Shown: positions 12,069-21,748 of the stretch, piece by piece
How positions within the stretch are numbered: position 1 is the first letter of the stretch
How the letters are laid out: each line of letters begins with the position of its first letter
Origin: an uncultured Pelagibacteraceae bacterium
GTDB taxonomy: Bacteria > Pseudomonadota > Alphaproteobacteria > Pelagibacterales > Pelagibacteraceae
Assembly: GCA_902624075.1 (NCBI GenBank)
Contig: CACNWC010000003.1
Coordinates: forward strand, 31,819 to 95,818
Length of the DNA: 64,000 bases
Direction of reading: 5' to 3'
Translations under genes and position numbers: made by a program
The notes under the pieces: model-generated
What the model was told of the DNA's origin: nothing
Database searches by the model: none
What the model saw: only the letters and a program-made list of their open reading frames with translations

Positions 12069-13434
12069 TAAGTTTAAGTTTGTTTTTTATTACCCATAGT
12101 ATTATCAAAGATGGTATTACCATTAAGGCAGTTAAAATAAAAAATATACCCCAATCACCATTTAGCCAGTCCACTAAAGCTCCAGATGAAGATGCTAAAG
12201 TTGTTCTTCCAGCAGTTCCAATAGATGCTAATAAAGCATATTGTGTTGCTGTATAGGCACGATCAACTAATAATGATATGAATGCTACGAAAGCTACTGT
12301 CGCAAATGCTGCAGCAATATCATCAAAAATTACTGCAATAGCAAATAAAAGTTCTGACTTATCGCTCCAAGCAAGGATACTAAACAAAAAGTTAGTACCT
12401 GCCATTACTATACCTGCTAAAAACATAGCTTTTAAAACACCAGATCTTATTACAAACAGCCCACCTAAAAGTGTAAATATGACTGTCGTAATCCAGCCTA
12501 AGGTCTTTGAATAAATAGCTATATCTGATTTAGTAAATCCTATTTCCTTATAAAAAATTATAGACATTCTTCCGAGAAATGCCTCACCAACTTTAAATAA
12601 AAAAACAAATCCTAAAATTCCTAACGCTATCGAATACCCATTTTTTTTAAAAAAACTAATTATTGGACCACTTACAGTTCCACCAATCCAGGTTAAAAAT
12701 TGTGTGAACAGGTTTTCATTTCTAAACTTACTTGAAATTAATCTATCATTTTCTTTTTGTTTGTTTAGCCTTTCAAAACTGTAAGTTTCATTAACAAACA
12801 TTAGTCCAATATTCATGATAATTACCAAGATACCTAAAATTAAGAATGTTAATTGCCAGTAATTTTCAAAACCCAGGTTTTGTAAAAATTCGGCTGAAAA
12901 AAGAGATAATACTCCACCTAACTTATATCCCGTCCACCACCCGACAACAGCCATTGCAGCTCCTGCAGCCATTGATTTTCCCTCATTTTCGCCAATCTGT
13001 TCTATTCTTAATGCGTCAACTGTAATATCTTGAGTAGCGGATGCAATTGCAATTACCAAACCAATAGTAATTATTATAGCTAAATTTTCTGTGGGATTTA
13101 TTGTACTCCATAGTACCAAAGAAATTAAAATTATGATTTGCATTAAAACAATCCAGCCTCTTCTATGTCCAATTTTTTTGGTAATAAATGGTATTTGAAT
13201 TCTATCAATTAAAGGTGCCCATAAATAATTAAATGCATAAACCCCAAAAATCAATCCAGCCCATCCAATAGTTGATCGGCTCAAACCATCTTCTTTTAAC
13301 CATAGACTAAGACTGCTTCCAATTAAAACCCATGGAAAGCCTGATATTGCACCTAACAATAAAATCTTAAGCATCCTTTTATCAAAATAGACTGAAAACA
13401 TTTCTGAAAAGGTTTGTTTTTTAATTTCTATCAT
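12058..13434 (-). CDS. ampG: Muropeptide MFS permease
   Basis: LLLGAISGFP, LWAPLID, SATQDITVDALRIE, TATQYALL. ATG at 13434 is the likely start. Confidence 0.92.
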   Translation of the reverse strand: MIEIKKQTFSEMFSVYFDKRMLKILLLGAISGFPWVLIGSSLSLWLKEDGLSRSTIGWAGLIFGVYAFNYLWAPLIDRIQIPFITKKIGHRRGWIVLMQIIILISLVLWSTINPTENLAIIITIGLVIAIASATQDITVDALRIEQIGENEGKSMAAGAAMAVVGWWTGYKLGGVLSLFSAEFLQNLGFENYWQLTFLILGILVIIMNIGLMFVNETYSFERLNKQKENDRLISSKFRNENLFTQFLTWIGGTVSGPIISFFKKNGYSIALGILGFVFLFKVGEAFLGRMSIIFYKEIGFTKSDIAIYSKTLGWITTVIFTLLGGLFVIRSGVLKAMFLAGIVMAGTNFLFSILAWSDKSELLFAIAVIFDDIAAAFATVAFVAFISLLVDRAYTATQYALLASIGTAGRTTLASSSGALVDWLNGDWGIFFILTALMVIPSLIILWVIKNKLKLSDK

Positions 13435-13436
13435 TT

Positions 13437-14876
13437 TTAATTTCTCCAAAAAGAGGGTAAAAATAATACTAATATTGCAAATAATTCTAGTCTACCTAAA
13501 ATCATTCCTACTGTTAATATCCATTTTGAAATATCTGGTAATAATGAAAAATTTCCATTAGGACCAATTATTGAACCTAGTCCAGGCCCCACATTTGAAA
13601 TAGATGTTGCTGCTCCAGATATTGATGTAATAAAATCAAGACCTGTCAACGCTAAAAGAGCGGTAATTATAAAAAAAATTACTAAATACATAAAGATGAA
13701 AGAAATTATTGAGGCAACAAATTTGTTATCAACAGGATTTTTATCATATTTTAAAATAAAAATACCTTTAGGATAAATTATTTTCTTTAATTGATTTGAA
13801 ATAAACGAATAAAGAATTTGAATTCTAAATATTTTAATACCACAAGTAGTTGAACCGGCACATCCACCTATAAACATAAGTCCTAAAAATAAAATTATTG
13901 GAAATCCTCCCCAATTATCAAATTGAGCATTTACATAACCTGTTCCAGTTAAAATAGAAATAATATTGAAAAAAATAGATCGATAATTCATTTGTGCTGA
14001 ATTATTAATGATTAGATATATTGATAATATAATAATACTAATTAATATAATTTTAATAAAAGTTTTAATTTGTATGTCTGAAAAGAATATTTTTTTGTCA
14101 CCACTTAAAAATTTTATATAAGCTATAAATGGTAAACTACCCAAAATAATAAAAATCATCGCGGAAATTTCAATATATATATTATCAAAGAAACCAATCG
14201 ACTCATTATAGTTCGAAAATCCACCTGTAGCTATCGTTGTCATTGAATGTGTTAAACTGTCAAAAATATTCATTCCCAAAATTTTATAAGAAAGTGCACA
14301 CATGGCTGTGAGCCCTGAATAAATATAAATTAACCTAAGAGCGATCTCTTTTGATTTTGGAAGAATTTTTTCTGAGGAATCATTATTCGAGATCTTGAAT
14401 AATTGCATTCCACCGACGTTCATTATAGGCATCAATGTAATAGCCATTACTATAATACCTATCCCACCTAGCCATTGAAGTATAGCACGCCATAAAAGAA
14501 TTGCTTTAGGCATGTTTTCTAAATTTGGTATAATTGTCGAACCAGTGGTTGTTATTCCTGACATACTTTCAAAGAAAGCATTGGTAAAAGAAAATCCAAC
14601 ACTAGAAAAAATAAAAGGTAAAGACCCAAAAATTGCTATACTTAACCAAGATAATGCTGTTAATAGAAAAGCTTGTTGTAAGTTTAATTTTTTATCATGA
14701 TCTATATTTGATAAAAAAAATAATGTTCCAAATATGATTGTTATTATTGAAGCAGCTAAAAAAGATGAATCAAGCTCATAGTAAATAAATTGTGCAATTA
14801 ATGGAATTAACATGAAAATTCCTAGAATTATTTGCAAGATTCCAAGAGTGAAAAAAACGGTTTTATAATTAGACAT
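13437..14876 (-). CDS. trkH: Trk potassium uptake permease
   Basis: FFESMSGITTTGST, QWLGGIGII, ATGGFS, GGCAGST, SNVGPGLG, LGRLE. Confidence 0.95.
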   Translation of the reverse strand: MSNYKTVFFTLGILQIILGIFMLIPLIAQFIYYELDSSFLAASIITIIFGTLFFLSNIDHDKKLNLQQAFLLTALSWLSIAIFGSLPFIFSSVGFSFTNAFFESMSGITTTGSTIIPNLENMPKAILLWRAILQWLGGIGIIVMAITLMPIMNVGGMQLFKISNNDSSEKILPKSKEIALRLIYIYSGLTAMCALSYKILGMNIFDSLTHSMTTIATGGFSNYNESIGFFDNIYIEISAMIFIILGSLPFIAYIKFLSGDKKIFFSDIQIKTFIKIILISIIILSIYLIINNSAQMNYRSIFFNIISILTGTGYVNAQFDNWGGFPIILFLGLMFIGGCAGSTTCGIKIFRIQILYSFISNQLKKIIYPKGIFILKYDKNPVDNKFVASIISFIFMYLVIFFIITALLALTGLDFITSISGAATSISNVGPGLGSIIGPNGNFSLLPDISKWILTVGMILGRLELFAILVLFLPSFWRN

Positions 14877-14964
14877 TTTGAAAGAACATTATTTTATGGA
14901 AAATAAATTTCAACTCTATATGAATTAGTAAAATCATTAATTTAAGATTTTTTGAGATTAATTC

Positions 14965-16527
14965 ATGATTAAAAAAGAAAATTTGGATAAAACGAGTGCA
15001 TGGCCTTTCGTAGAAGCAAAAAAAATGCTTCGAGATAGAAAATCGATCATTGAAAAAAAAGGAAAAATAACACTTCAAACTGGCTACGGTCCGAGTGGAC
15101 TACCACACATTGGTACTTTTGGAGAGGTGGCAAGAACATCAATGATGGTAAATGCTCTAAATCACTTAACTGATCTTCCAAAAGAAATTATTACATTTTC
15201 AGATGATATGGATGGTTTAAGAAAAGTTCCAGATAATGTTCCACAGAAAGAATTATTAGAAAAAAATCTTCATAAACCACTCACTCAAGTTCCAGATCCT
15301 TTTAATAAATTTAACAGCTTTGGTGAACATAATAATGAAATGTTGAAAACTTTTTTAGATAGTTTTAACTTTAAATATAATTTTAAAAGTTCAACATTAT
15401 TGTATAAATCTGGATTTTTTAACTCCACGTTACAAATAATTTTAGAAAAATATGATGACATAATGAATATAATTTTACCTACTTTGGGTAAAGAGAGACA
15501 AAAAACCTACTGCCCCTTTTTACCTATATGCCCAGAAACAGGACATGTTTTGGAAATACCTGTAAAAGAAATTAATAAGAATAAATCAAAAATAATTTTT
15601 GATAATAAAGGAAAAAAATTAGAAAAAAGTATTTTAGATGGAAATTGTAAACTCCAATGGAAAGTAGACTGGGCAATGAGGTGGTATGCTTTAGATGTTG
15701 ATTTTGAAATGTATGGTAAGGATCTCATTGAAAGTGCAATTTTGTCCTCAAAAATTATAAAATTATTAGGAAAAAAAAATCCATCTGGGTTTGCATATGA
15801 ATTATTTTTAGATGAAAAAGGAGAAAAAATTTCAAAATCTAAGGGGAATGGAATTACGATTGATCAATGGCTTGAATATGCTTCACCACAAAGTTTATCG
15901 TTATATATGTATCAAAACCCAAAAAGAGCAAAAAAACTTTATAAAGAAATAGTTGCAAAAGCTGTGGATGAATATTTAGAATTTATAGAGAAAGCAAAAA
16001 ATCAAAACGAACTTCAGTTACTATTGAATCCGGTATGGCATGTTCATAACAGCGTTATACCAAAAGAAAATATGATTATGTCGTTCTCAATGTTATTGAA
16101 TTTAGTTGAAACAAGTAACGCAAATAACAAAGAACTTTTGTGGAAATTTGTAAAGAAATACAAAACAGATATTTTAGAGAAAGATTATCCAATTTTTGAT
16201 AATTTAGTTGGATATGCAATTAGATATTTTAATGATGTAATAAAATCAAAAAAAAAATATAAGAGTCCCAATAGTGAAGAAAAATCGGCATTAAAAGCTT
16301 TAATACAAACTTTAGATGAATGTAACGACGATATGAAACCAGAAGATATTCAAACTTTAATATATACAACTGGCAAAAATAATGGCTATTCAGAAAATTT
16401 GAGAGATTGGTTTAAATTGATATATGAAGTTGTTTTTGGCGATGAAAACGGACCTAGAATAGGATTTTTTATAAGTTTTTTTGGTGTTAAAGAAACAAAA
16501 GATCTTATAATGAATAAAATTAAATAA
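14965..16527 (+). CDS. lysS: Class I lysyl-tRNA synthetase
   Basis: TGYGPSGLPHIGT, KISKSKGN, GPRIG; class I fold as in many alphaproteobacteria. Confidence 0.96.
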   Translation: MIKKENLDKTSAWPFVEAKKMLRDRKSIIEKKGKITLQTGYGPSGLPHIGTFGEVARTSMMVNALNHLTDLPKEIITFSDDMDGLRKVPDNVPQKELLEKNLHKPLTQVPDPFNKFNSFGEHNNEMLKTFLDSFNFKYNFKSSTLLYKSGFFNSTLQIILEKYDDIMNIILPTLGKERQKTYCPFLPICPETGHVLEIPVKEINKNKSKIIFDNKGKKLEKSILDGNCKLQWKVDWAMRWYALDVDFEMYGKDLIESAILSSKIIKLLGKKNPSGFAYELFLDEKGEKISKSKGNGITIDQWLEYASPQSLSLYMYQNPKRAKKLYKEIVAKAVDEYLEFIEKAKNQNELQLLLNPVWHVHNSVIPKENMIMSFSMLLNLVETSNANNKELLWKFVKKYKTDILEKDYPIFDNLVGYAIRYFNDVIKSKKKYKSPNSEEKSALKALIQTLDECNDDMKPEDIQTLIYTTGKNNGYSENLRDWFKLIYEVVFGDENGPRIGFFISFFGVKETKDLIMNKIK

Positions 16528-17573
16528 TGTTTTCAAATATAAGATCATTAATTTTTAAATTAGATCCAGAAAGCGCACACAATTTAGCAATTAAATCTTT
16601 AAAATTTAATTTTGTTCCAGATATATTAAATGAAGATAAAAACAACCCATTATTTGAAACAAAGTTATTTGAAAAAAATTTAGATAATCCAATTGGAATG
16701 GCTGCAGGTTTTGATAAAAATGCTGAAGTATATAATTCATTATTTAAATTAGGATTTGGTTTTGTCGAAGTAGGAACGATCACACCCTTAAAACAATATG
16801 GAAATCCTAAACCAAGGGTTTTTAGATTAGTTGAAGATGAAGCACTTATTAATCGACTAGGTTTTAATAATTTAGGAGCAAAAAATATAATTGATCGAAT
16901 TAAAAAAAATAACCCATCAGGTCTACTTGGCATCAATATAGGTCCAAACATGGACACAAAAGAAAAAGTAAATGATTACATAGAATGTTTTAAAATTTTT
17001 CATGAAGTTGCAGATTATATTACAATAAATATTTCTTCTCCAAATACAGAAAATTTAAGAAATTTTCATAATCAAATAAAGTTGAATGAACTATTACAAA
17101 CATTAAATAAAGAAAAAAAGAATTTTGGATCTAAAACGCCAATAACAGTAAAGATATCACCAGATATTGATGATCGAGAAATTGAACAAATTGCTGAAGT
17201 TCTTTTAAATAACAAGATAGGAGCAATTATCATCTCTAATACATCTGACTCCTCTAGAGACATTTTGAAAAATATTCAAGGCCATCAAAAAGGAGGATTA
17301 TCAGGTAAACCTATTGAATTAAAATCCACAAAACTAATAAGTAAATTTTATAAGATTTTTAATGGAAAAATTAAAATTATTGGAGTTGGTGGAGTTGATT
17401 CAGGTAAAAGTGCTTATGAAAAGTTTTTAGCTGGAGCTAATTATGTTCAGCTTTATACTGGTATGGTTTTCAGAGGGCCAAATATTGTTAACTTAATAAA
17501 AAAAGAGCTTAAAGAAATTTTATCGAAAGATGGTGTTAAAAATTTTAATGAAATCGTGGGAAAATCAAAATAA
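16527..17573 (+). CDS. pyrD: Quinone-dependent dihydroorotate dehydrogenase
   Basis: DPESAH, AAGFDKN, INRLGFNN, NISSPNT, GGLSGKP. Confidence 0.96.
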   Translation: MFSNIRSLIFKLDPESAHNLAIKSLKFNFVPDILNEDKNNPLFETKLFEKNLDNPIGMAAGFDKNAEVYNSLFKLGFGFVEVGTITPLKQYGNPKPRVFRLVEDEALINRLGFNNLGAKNIIDRIKKNNPSGLLGINIGPNMDTKEKVNDYIECFKIFHEVADYITINISSPNTENLRNFHNQIKLNELLQTLNKEKKNFGSKTPITVKISPDIDDREIEQIAEVLLNNKIGAIIISNTSDSSRDILKNIQGHQKGGLSGKPIELKSTKLISKFYKIFNGKIKIIGVGGVDSGKSAYEKFLAGANYVQLYTGMVFRGPNIVNLIKKELKEILSKDGVKNFNEIVGKSK

Positions 17574-17589
17574 CCTAAATCTAATAAAC

Positions 17590-17618
17590 TTGACGTGATC
17601 AATTTCTAACCTTATATA
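17590..17618 (+). promoter_or_regulatory. Putative sigma70 promoter of rpmB
   Basis: TTGACG-N17-TATATA, 12 nt before the ATG; no SD. Confidence 0.6.
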
Positions 17619-17630
17619 AACGATCATATT

Positions 17631-17945
17631 ATGACAAAAAAATGCGAACTTACTGGAAAAAATCCTATGAAAGGTCATAACGTTAGTCACGCCAATAATA
17701 AGACTAAGAGAAGATTTTTGCCTAATTTGAAAAAAGTAAAATTTACAAGTGAAATTTTAAAAAAAAGTTTAAAGTTAAGAGTTAGCAATGCAGGTGTACG
17801 ATCAGTTGACAAAAAAGGAAGCTTTGATGAATATTTAAAAGCTGTTAAAAATAAAAATTTGTCTCCACGTTTAAAGAAATTAAAAAAAAGTCTATTAGTA
17901 AAATCTCCATATCAAAAAAAAACAGCTCAGTCTAAAACAGCCTAA
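17631..17945 (+). CDS. rpmB: 50S ribosomal protein bL28
   Basis: [25 protein letters not shown]. Confidence 0.97.
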   Translation: MTKKCELTGKNPMKGHNVSHANNKTKRRFLPNLKKVKFTSEILKKSLKLRVSNAGVRSVDKKGSFDEYLKAVKNKNLSPRLKKLKKSLLVKSPYQKKTAQSKTA

Positions 17946-18493
17946 TGAATAAATTATTTGTCTTTCTGTCGTTTTCGATGGGAGTTGTTGTTTTATCTTC
18001 AAATTATTTAGTTCAATTTCCTTTTAATTTTTATGAATTAAATGAAATTTTAACTTATGGTGCATTTAGTTATCCTATAGCTTTTTTAATTACTGATTTA
18101 GCAAACAGATCTTATGGAAAATTTGTTGCAAGAAAAATTGTTTACTTTGGTTTCTTAATAGGGATTGGTTTTACTATCTTGTTTTCAACTGACTTTGCAA
18201 ATCTTATATCAATAAGAATTGCAATCGGATCTGGAGTTGCTTTTTTGACTGCTCAACTTATAGATGTTCAAATATTTGATAATTTAAGAAAAAAGAAATG
18301 GTTTATAGCCCCATTAACTTCTTCAATAATTGGGTCAATTATTGATACTTTTATGTTTTTTTCAATTTCTTTTTATGGAACAAGTATACCATGGTTTACA
18401 CTGGCTCTAGGCGATTTAGGAGTTAAGATTTTCGTAGCATTGATGATGTTAATTCCATTTAGATTTTTATTAAAAACATTCAAACCAATTTAG
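17945..18493 (+). CDS. yhhQ: Queuosine precursor transporter (VUT/YhhQ family)
   Basis: SNYLVQ, YPIAFLITDL, RIAIGSGVAFLTAQLID, IDT, GDLGVK; TAATG overlap with rpmB. Confidence 0.85.
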   Translation: MNKLFVFLSFSMGVVVLSSNYLVQFPFNFYELNEILTYGAFSYPIAFLITDLANRSYGKFVARKIVYFGFLIGIGFTILFSTDFANLISIRIAIGSGVAFLTAQLIDVQIFDNLRKKKWFIAPLTSSIIGSIIDTFMFFSISFYGTSIPWFTLALGDLGVKIFVALMMLIPFRFLLKTFKPI

Positions 18494-18495
18494 AT

Positions 18496-19371
18496 TTAAT
18501 ACAGATATTTGTAAGCTAAAATCTTATAAGCCAATTTCGCAACTAAAAAATTATAGGAATTAAAACCTTTTATTGGAGACAATTCATTAATGTCTGCTCC
18601 TACTATATTTGAATTTTTTGCAGCTATTTTAATTATATTTAAAGCTTCATCCCAAAGTAATCCGCCAGGTTCGGGAGTACCTGTTGCTGGCATAATACCT
18701 GAGTCCAATCCATCAACATCAAACGTTAAGTAAACAGTTTTATTTTTTATAAGTTTTTTAAAATTTTTCATATTCCATTTAGTCTTATCTTTGGCCCAAA
18801 AAATACTTATTCTGGATTTATTTTTTTTTAAAAAAGGTATTTCGCTTTCTGAAATATTTCTTATTCCAAATGAAATTATCGAAACATTTTTGTAGTCCAA
18901 ACATCTTCTAATTGCAGAGGCATGGGAAAATTTTTCTCCATTATAGCTATCCCTTAAGTCTGCATGAGCATCAAAATGTAATAAACAAATTTTTTTAAAT
19001 CTTTTGACGAAAGGTTTAATGCATCCAGGAGTTATTGAGTGTTCACCCCCAAATGTCATTGGGAAAAGATTATTATCTAAAATTTCTTTATTAATGTTTG
19101 ATATTTTTTTAAGAGCTTTATTAATATTTTTATCAATTTTGAAAGGCTTTAAAGTTTTAATACCTATTTTCTTATAAGGTTCACAATTTAATTCTTCATC
19201 ATAAAGCTCTACTTGGTGAGAGGCTTTGATTATCTCTTTTGGACCATTTTTGGTACCACCACCATAACTAACAGTTTTTTCCAAACCAAAAGGAACGATA
19301 ACAACTTTTTCCTTAAAGCTGAATTTATTATCAATTCCAAGAAATCCGTTTTTATTTGATAGATATTTCAA
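18496..19371 (-). CDS. speB: Agmatinase / ureohydrolase
   Basis: GGEHSIT, HFDAHADLR, TFDVDGLD, TGTPEPGG. Confidence 0.9.
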   Translation of the reverse strand: MKYLSNKNGFLGIDNKFSFKEKVVIVPFGLEKTVSYGGGTKNGPKEIIKASHQVELYDEELNCEPYKKIGIKTLKPFKIDKNINKALKKISNINKEILDNNLFPMTFGGEHSITPGCIKPFVKRFKKICLLHFDAHADLRDSYNGEKFSHASAIRRCLDYKNVSIISFGIRNISESEIPFLKKNKSRISIFWAKDKTKWNMKNFKKLIKNKTVYLTFDVDGLDSGIMPATGTPEPGGLLWDEALNIIKIAAKNSNIVGADINELSPIKGFNSYNFLVAKLAYKILAYKYLY

Positions 19372-19376
19372 TTTAT

Positions 19377-20417
19377 TTATCCAAAAATTTTTGAAAAATT
19401 TTTTCTTATTCTATTCTTCCACTCACCTCTATGATAAGCATCACTGGCTATCAAAGGTAGGACACTTGTCGCCTCTGCAAAAACCATTTGTTCTTTTGTT
19501 AAGTCTACTTTACCCCATGAACTTGCTTCTTTTAAAGTTGAACTACTACAGGCACCATCTCTTGAATCAGCAACTGTTATTTGTACAGCATATTTATGCA
19601 TATCAACTTCTTTGCCTAATAATTCTGCACAAATTACAGTATCTTGAATAAAATTTTTTGGTACTCCGCCTCCAATCATAAAAAGACCTGATCCTTTTGA
19701 CTGAATTTTAATTTCTGTCAATTCACGAAATTCTCTTATTGAGTCTATTGTTATGTGTTTTTTTGGATTCTTTTCTTGATGAATAACTAAACCAAATCCA
19801 GCACTAGAGTCTGTAAAAGCAGGACAAAAAATTGGAACATTGTTGTCAAAAGCAGTTTCTATTAACGAGTCTTTTTTGACTGAATTTTTTTTTAAATATT
19901 TACCCACTTCATAAATAAACTCTCTAGAAGTATAACTTTTTGGTTCTAAATTATCTGCAATTTCACATATTTTTTTGTCACATATTTGAAGTTCATCTTC
20001 ATCTATATATGTGTCATAAATTCTATCTATATAATTTTTTCTCAATTCTGTATCATCTTGAAATTGAGATCCTTGATAATGTTTGAATCCTAAAGCTTCA
20101 AAAAAATCCATGTCAATTATTGAAGCACCAGTCGCTACAATAGCATCAACCATATTATATTTAACCAAATCTTTATAAATATTCATGCATCCAGCTGCAG
20201 ATGTTGATCCAGCTAATGTTAAAAAAATTGTACAATCTTTATCTTTAAGCATTTCATTATAAATACTTGCAGCTTTCGCTGTTTCTCTCGATACAAAAGA
20301 CATCTTTCCCATTGAAGAAATTATTTTTCTAGAATCAAATGAAGTTATGTCTATATGCTCAATAGGATTTTTGAGAAAATCTTTTTTAATATTGTGACCA
20401 ACTTTTTTTTTAGTCAT
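19377..20417 (-). CDS. Deoxyhypusine synthase-like protein (SpeY type)
   Basis: DRIYDTYI, PAFTDSSAG, IGGGVPKNF, DSRDGACSS, EASSWGK with the catalytic Lys. Confidence 0.88.
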   Translation of the reverse strand: MTKKKVGHNIKKDFLKNPIEHIDITSFDSRKIISSMGKMSFVSRETAKAASIYNEMLKDKDCTIFLTLAGSTSAAGCMNIYKDLVKYNMVDAIVATGASIIDMDFFEALGFKHYQGSQFQDDTELRKNYIDRIYDTYIDEDELQICDKKICEIADNLEPKSYTSREFIYEVGKYLKKNSVKKDSLIETAFDNNVPIFCPAFTDSSAGFGLVIHQEKNPKKHITIDSIREFRELTEIKIQSKGSGLFMIGGGVPKNFIQDTVICAELLGKEVDMHKYAVQITVADSRDGACSSSTLKEASSWGKVDLTKEQMVFAEATSVLPLIASDAYHRGEWKNRIRKNFSKIFG

Positions 20418-21601
20418 TAAGCGACTAAAGTAGCTTTTTTGATATCTTTATCATATAGGCTCATAATTGAGTCATCCTCAACTTCATAAATCTCATTAGA
20501 AAAGAAACCATTAAACTGAGTTCTAAAAGTTAATCCGTATGCACCTAATTGACCAAGTTCAATATAATCATTTTCTCGAATATTATTTGGTAGAAGAAAA
20601 GGACCCTTCATGTAATCCATACTATCACAAGTTGGACCATAAAAATCGAAAGCAGTAAGTTTTTTTGAAATAATTTTATTTGAACTATCTTTAATCATTT
20701 TAGATGGATAAACAATATTTGGAGTTCCAGCATCAAAAAGTGTTCCATAAGTTCCATCGTTAATATAAAGTTTTTGTTTTTTTCTTAAATTTACTCTAAC
20801 AATGGTTGATCCACTTTCAGCAACTAATGCTCTACCTGGTTCACATATAATTTTTGGTAAATTATTTAATTTTAAATTTTCTAAGCTCCTAGTTATCTCA
20901 TCAAAGTAATTATCTAATGATTGTGGAATTAAGTCTGGATAAATTGTTGGAAAACCTCCACCAACATTAATGTAATCTGGTATAATCTTTGTCTTTTTTA
21001 TTATATTTCCTATTTCTGTTATTCCCTTAGCATATGAAATTGGATGCATACACTGAGAGCCAACATGAAAGCTTAATCCAACTTTATTTGAATATTGTTT
21101 AACTAGTCTTAACAATCCTGATGCTTCGGTATTTAATGCACCAAATTTTTTTGATAAATCTATTTCAGCATGTTCATTCGAAACTGCAACTCTCACAAAA
21201 AGTTCAAGATCCTTAGCACCACTTGTACTTTCAATTATCTTTATTAATTCATCTTTAGTGTCTAGCGCAAAAGTTTTAATTCCATATTTAAAGTAAGCAT
21301 CACTAATACTCTCCCTACTTTTTACTGTGTGCATAAAAGAACATTTTGCTGATTGACTATATTTTCTAACGGATTTAATTTCCTCAATGGAAGCAACATC
21401 AAACTGGTCAATACCACTTTTTACAAGAGTTTTAATTACCTCTGGATGCGGGTTAGTTTTTACAGCATAAAGAATTTTTCCAGGAAATTTTTTTTGAAAA
21501 AAATTAGATGCAGAAAGAATTGACTTCTTTCTTATACAATACACCGGTTTATTAGGTTTCAGTTGATTAACTAAATATTCAACTGATTTAAATTTTTGCA
21601 T
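20417..21601 (-). CDS. Type III PLP (ODC/LysA-fold) basic amino acid decarboxylase
   Basis: YAVKTN, FDVAS, KFGA, SFHVGSQ, NVGGGF, EPGRALV, GPTCDSMD, GAYG. Confidence 0.9.
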   Translation of the reverse strand: MQKFKSVEYLVNQLKPNKPVYCIRKKSILSASNFFQKKFPGKILYAVKTNPHPEVIKTLVKSGIDQFDVASIEEIKSVRKYSQSAKCSFMHTVKSRESISDAYFKYGIKTFALDTKDELIKIIESTSGAKDLELFVRVAVSNEHAEIDLSKKFGALNTEASGLLRLVKQYSNKVGLSFHVGSQCMHPISYAKGITEIGNIIKKTKIIPDYINVGGGFPTIYPDLIPQSLDNYFDEITRSLENLKLNNLPKIICEPGRALVAESGSTIVRVNLRKKQKLYINDGTYGTLFDAGTPNIVYPSKMIKDSSNKIISKKLTAFDFYGPTCDSMDYMKGPFLLPNNIRENDYIELGQLGAYGLTFRTQFNGFFSNEIYEVEDDSIMSLYDKDIKKATLVA

Positions 21602-21630
21602 TTAATATGGCCCCCAAAAAAAAATTTAAC

Positions 21631-21699
21631 AAAAAAAAGTTTTTTTATTAAAAAACTTTCATAATTCGAGCAATTAGTTCAATACTTATTCAATGTAAA
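21631..21699 (-). promoter_or_regulatory. Leader of polyamine operon: putative promoter, 4-codon uORF, A/U hairpin and U tract
   Basis: TTTACA-N17-TAATTG (21699-21671); ATG AAA GTT TTT TAA (21662-21648); AAAGTTTTTT-AATA-AAAAAACTTT then a T run. Confidence 0.4.
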
Positions 21700-21748
21700 G
21701 CAAATAATTACCTATTGAACTGTGGAAAAAAATAACCATATAAAACAC

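Noticed and set aside
14965-16527. Class I LysRS as a horizontally acquired oddity
   Set aside because: Class I LysRS is normal in many alphaproteobacteria.
19377-20417. Hypusination of a translation factor by the DHS homologue
   Set aside because: The operon context is polyamine synthesis, with no efp or eIF5A gene or deoxyhypusine hydroxylase nearby.
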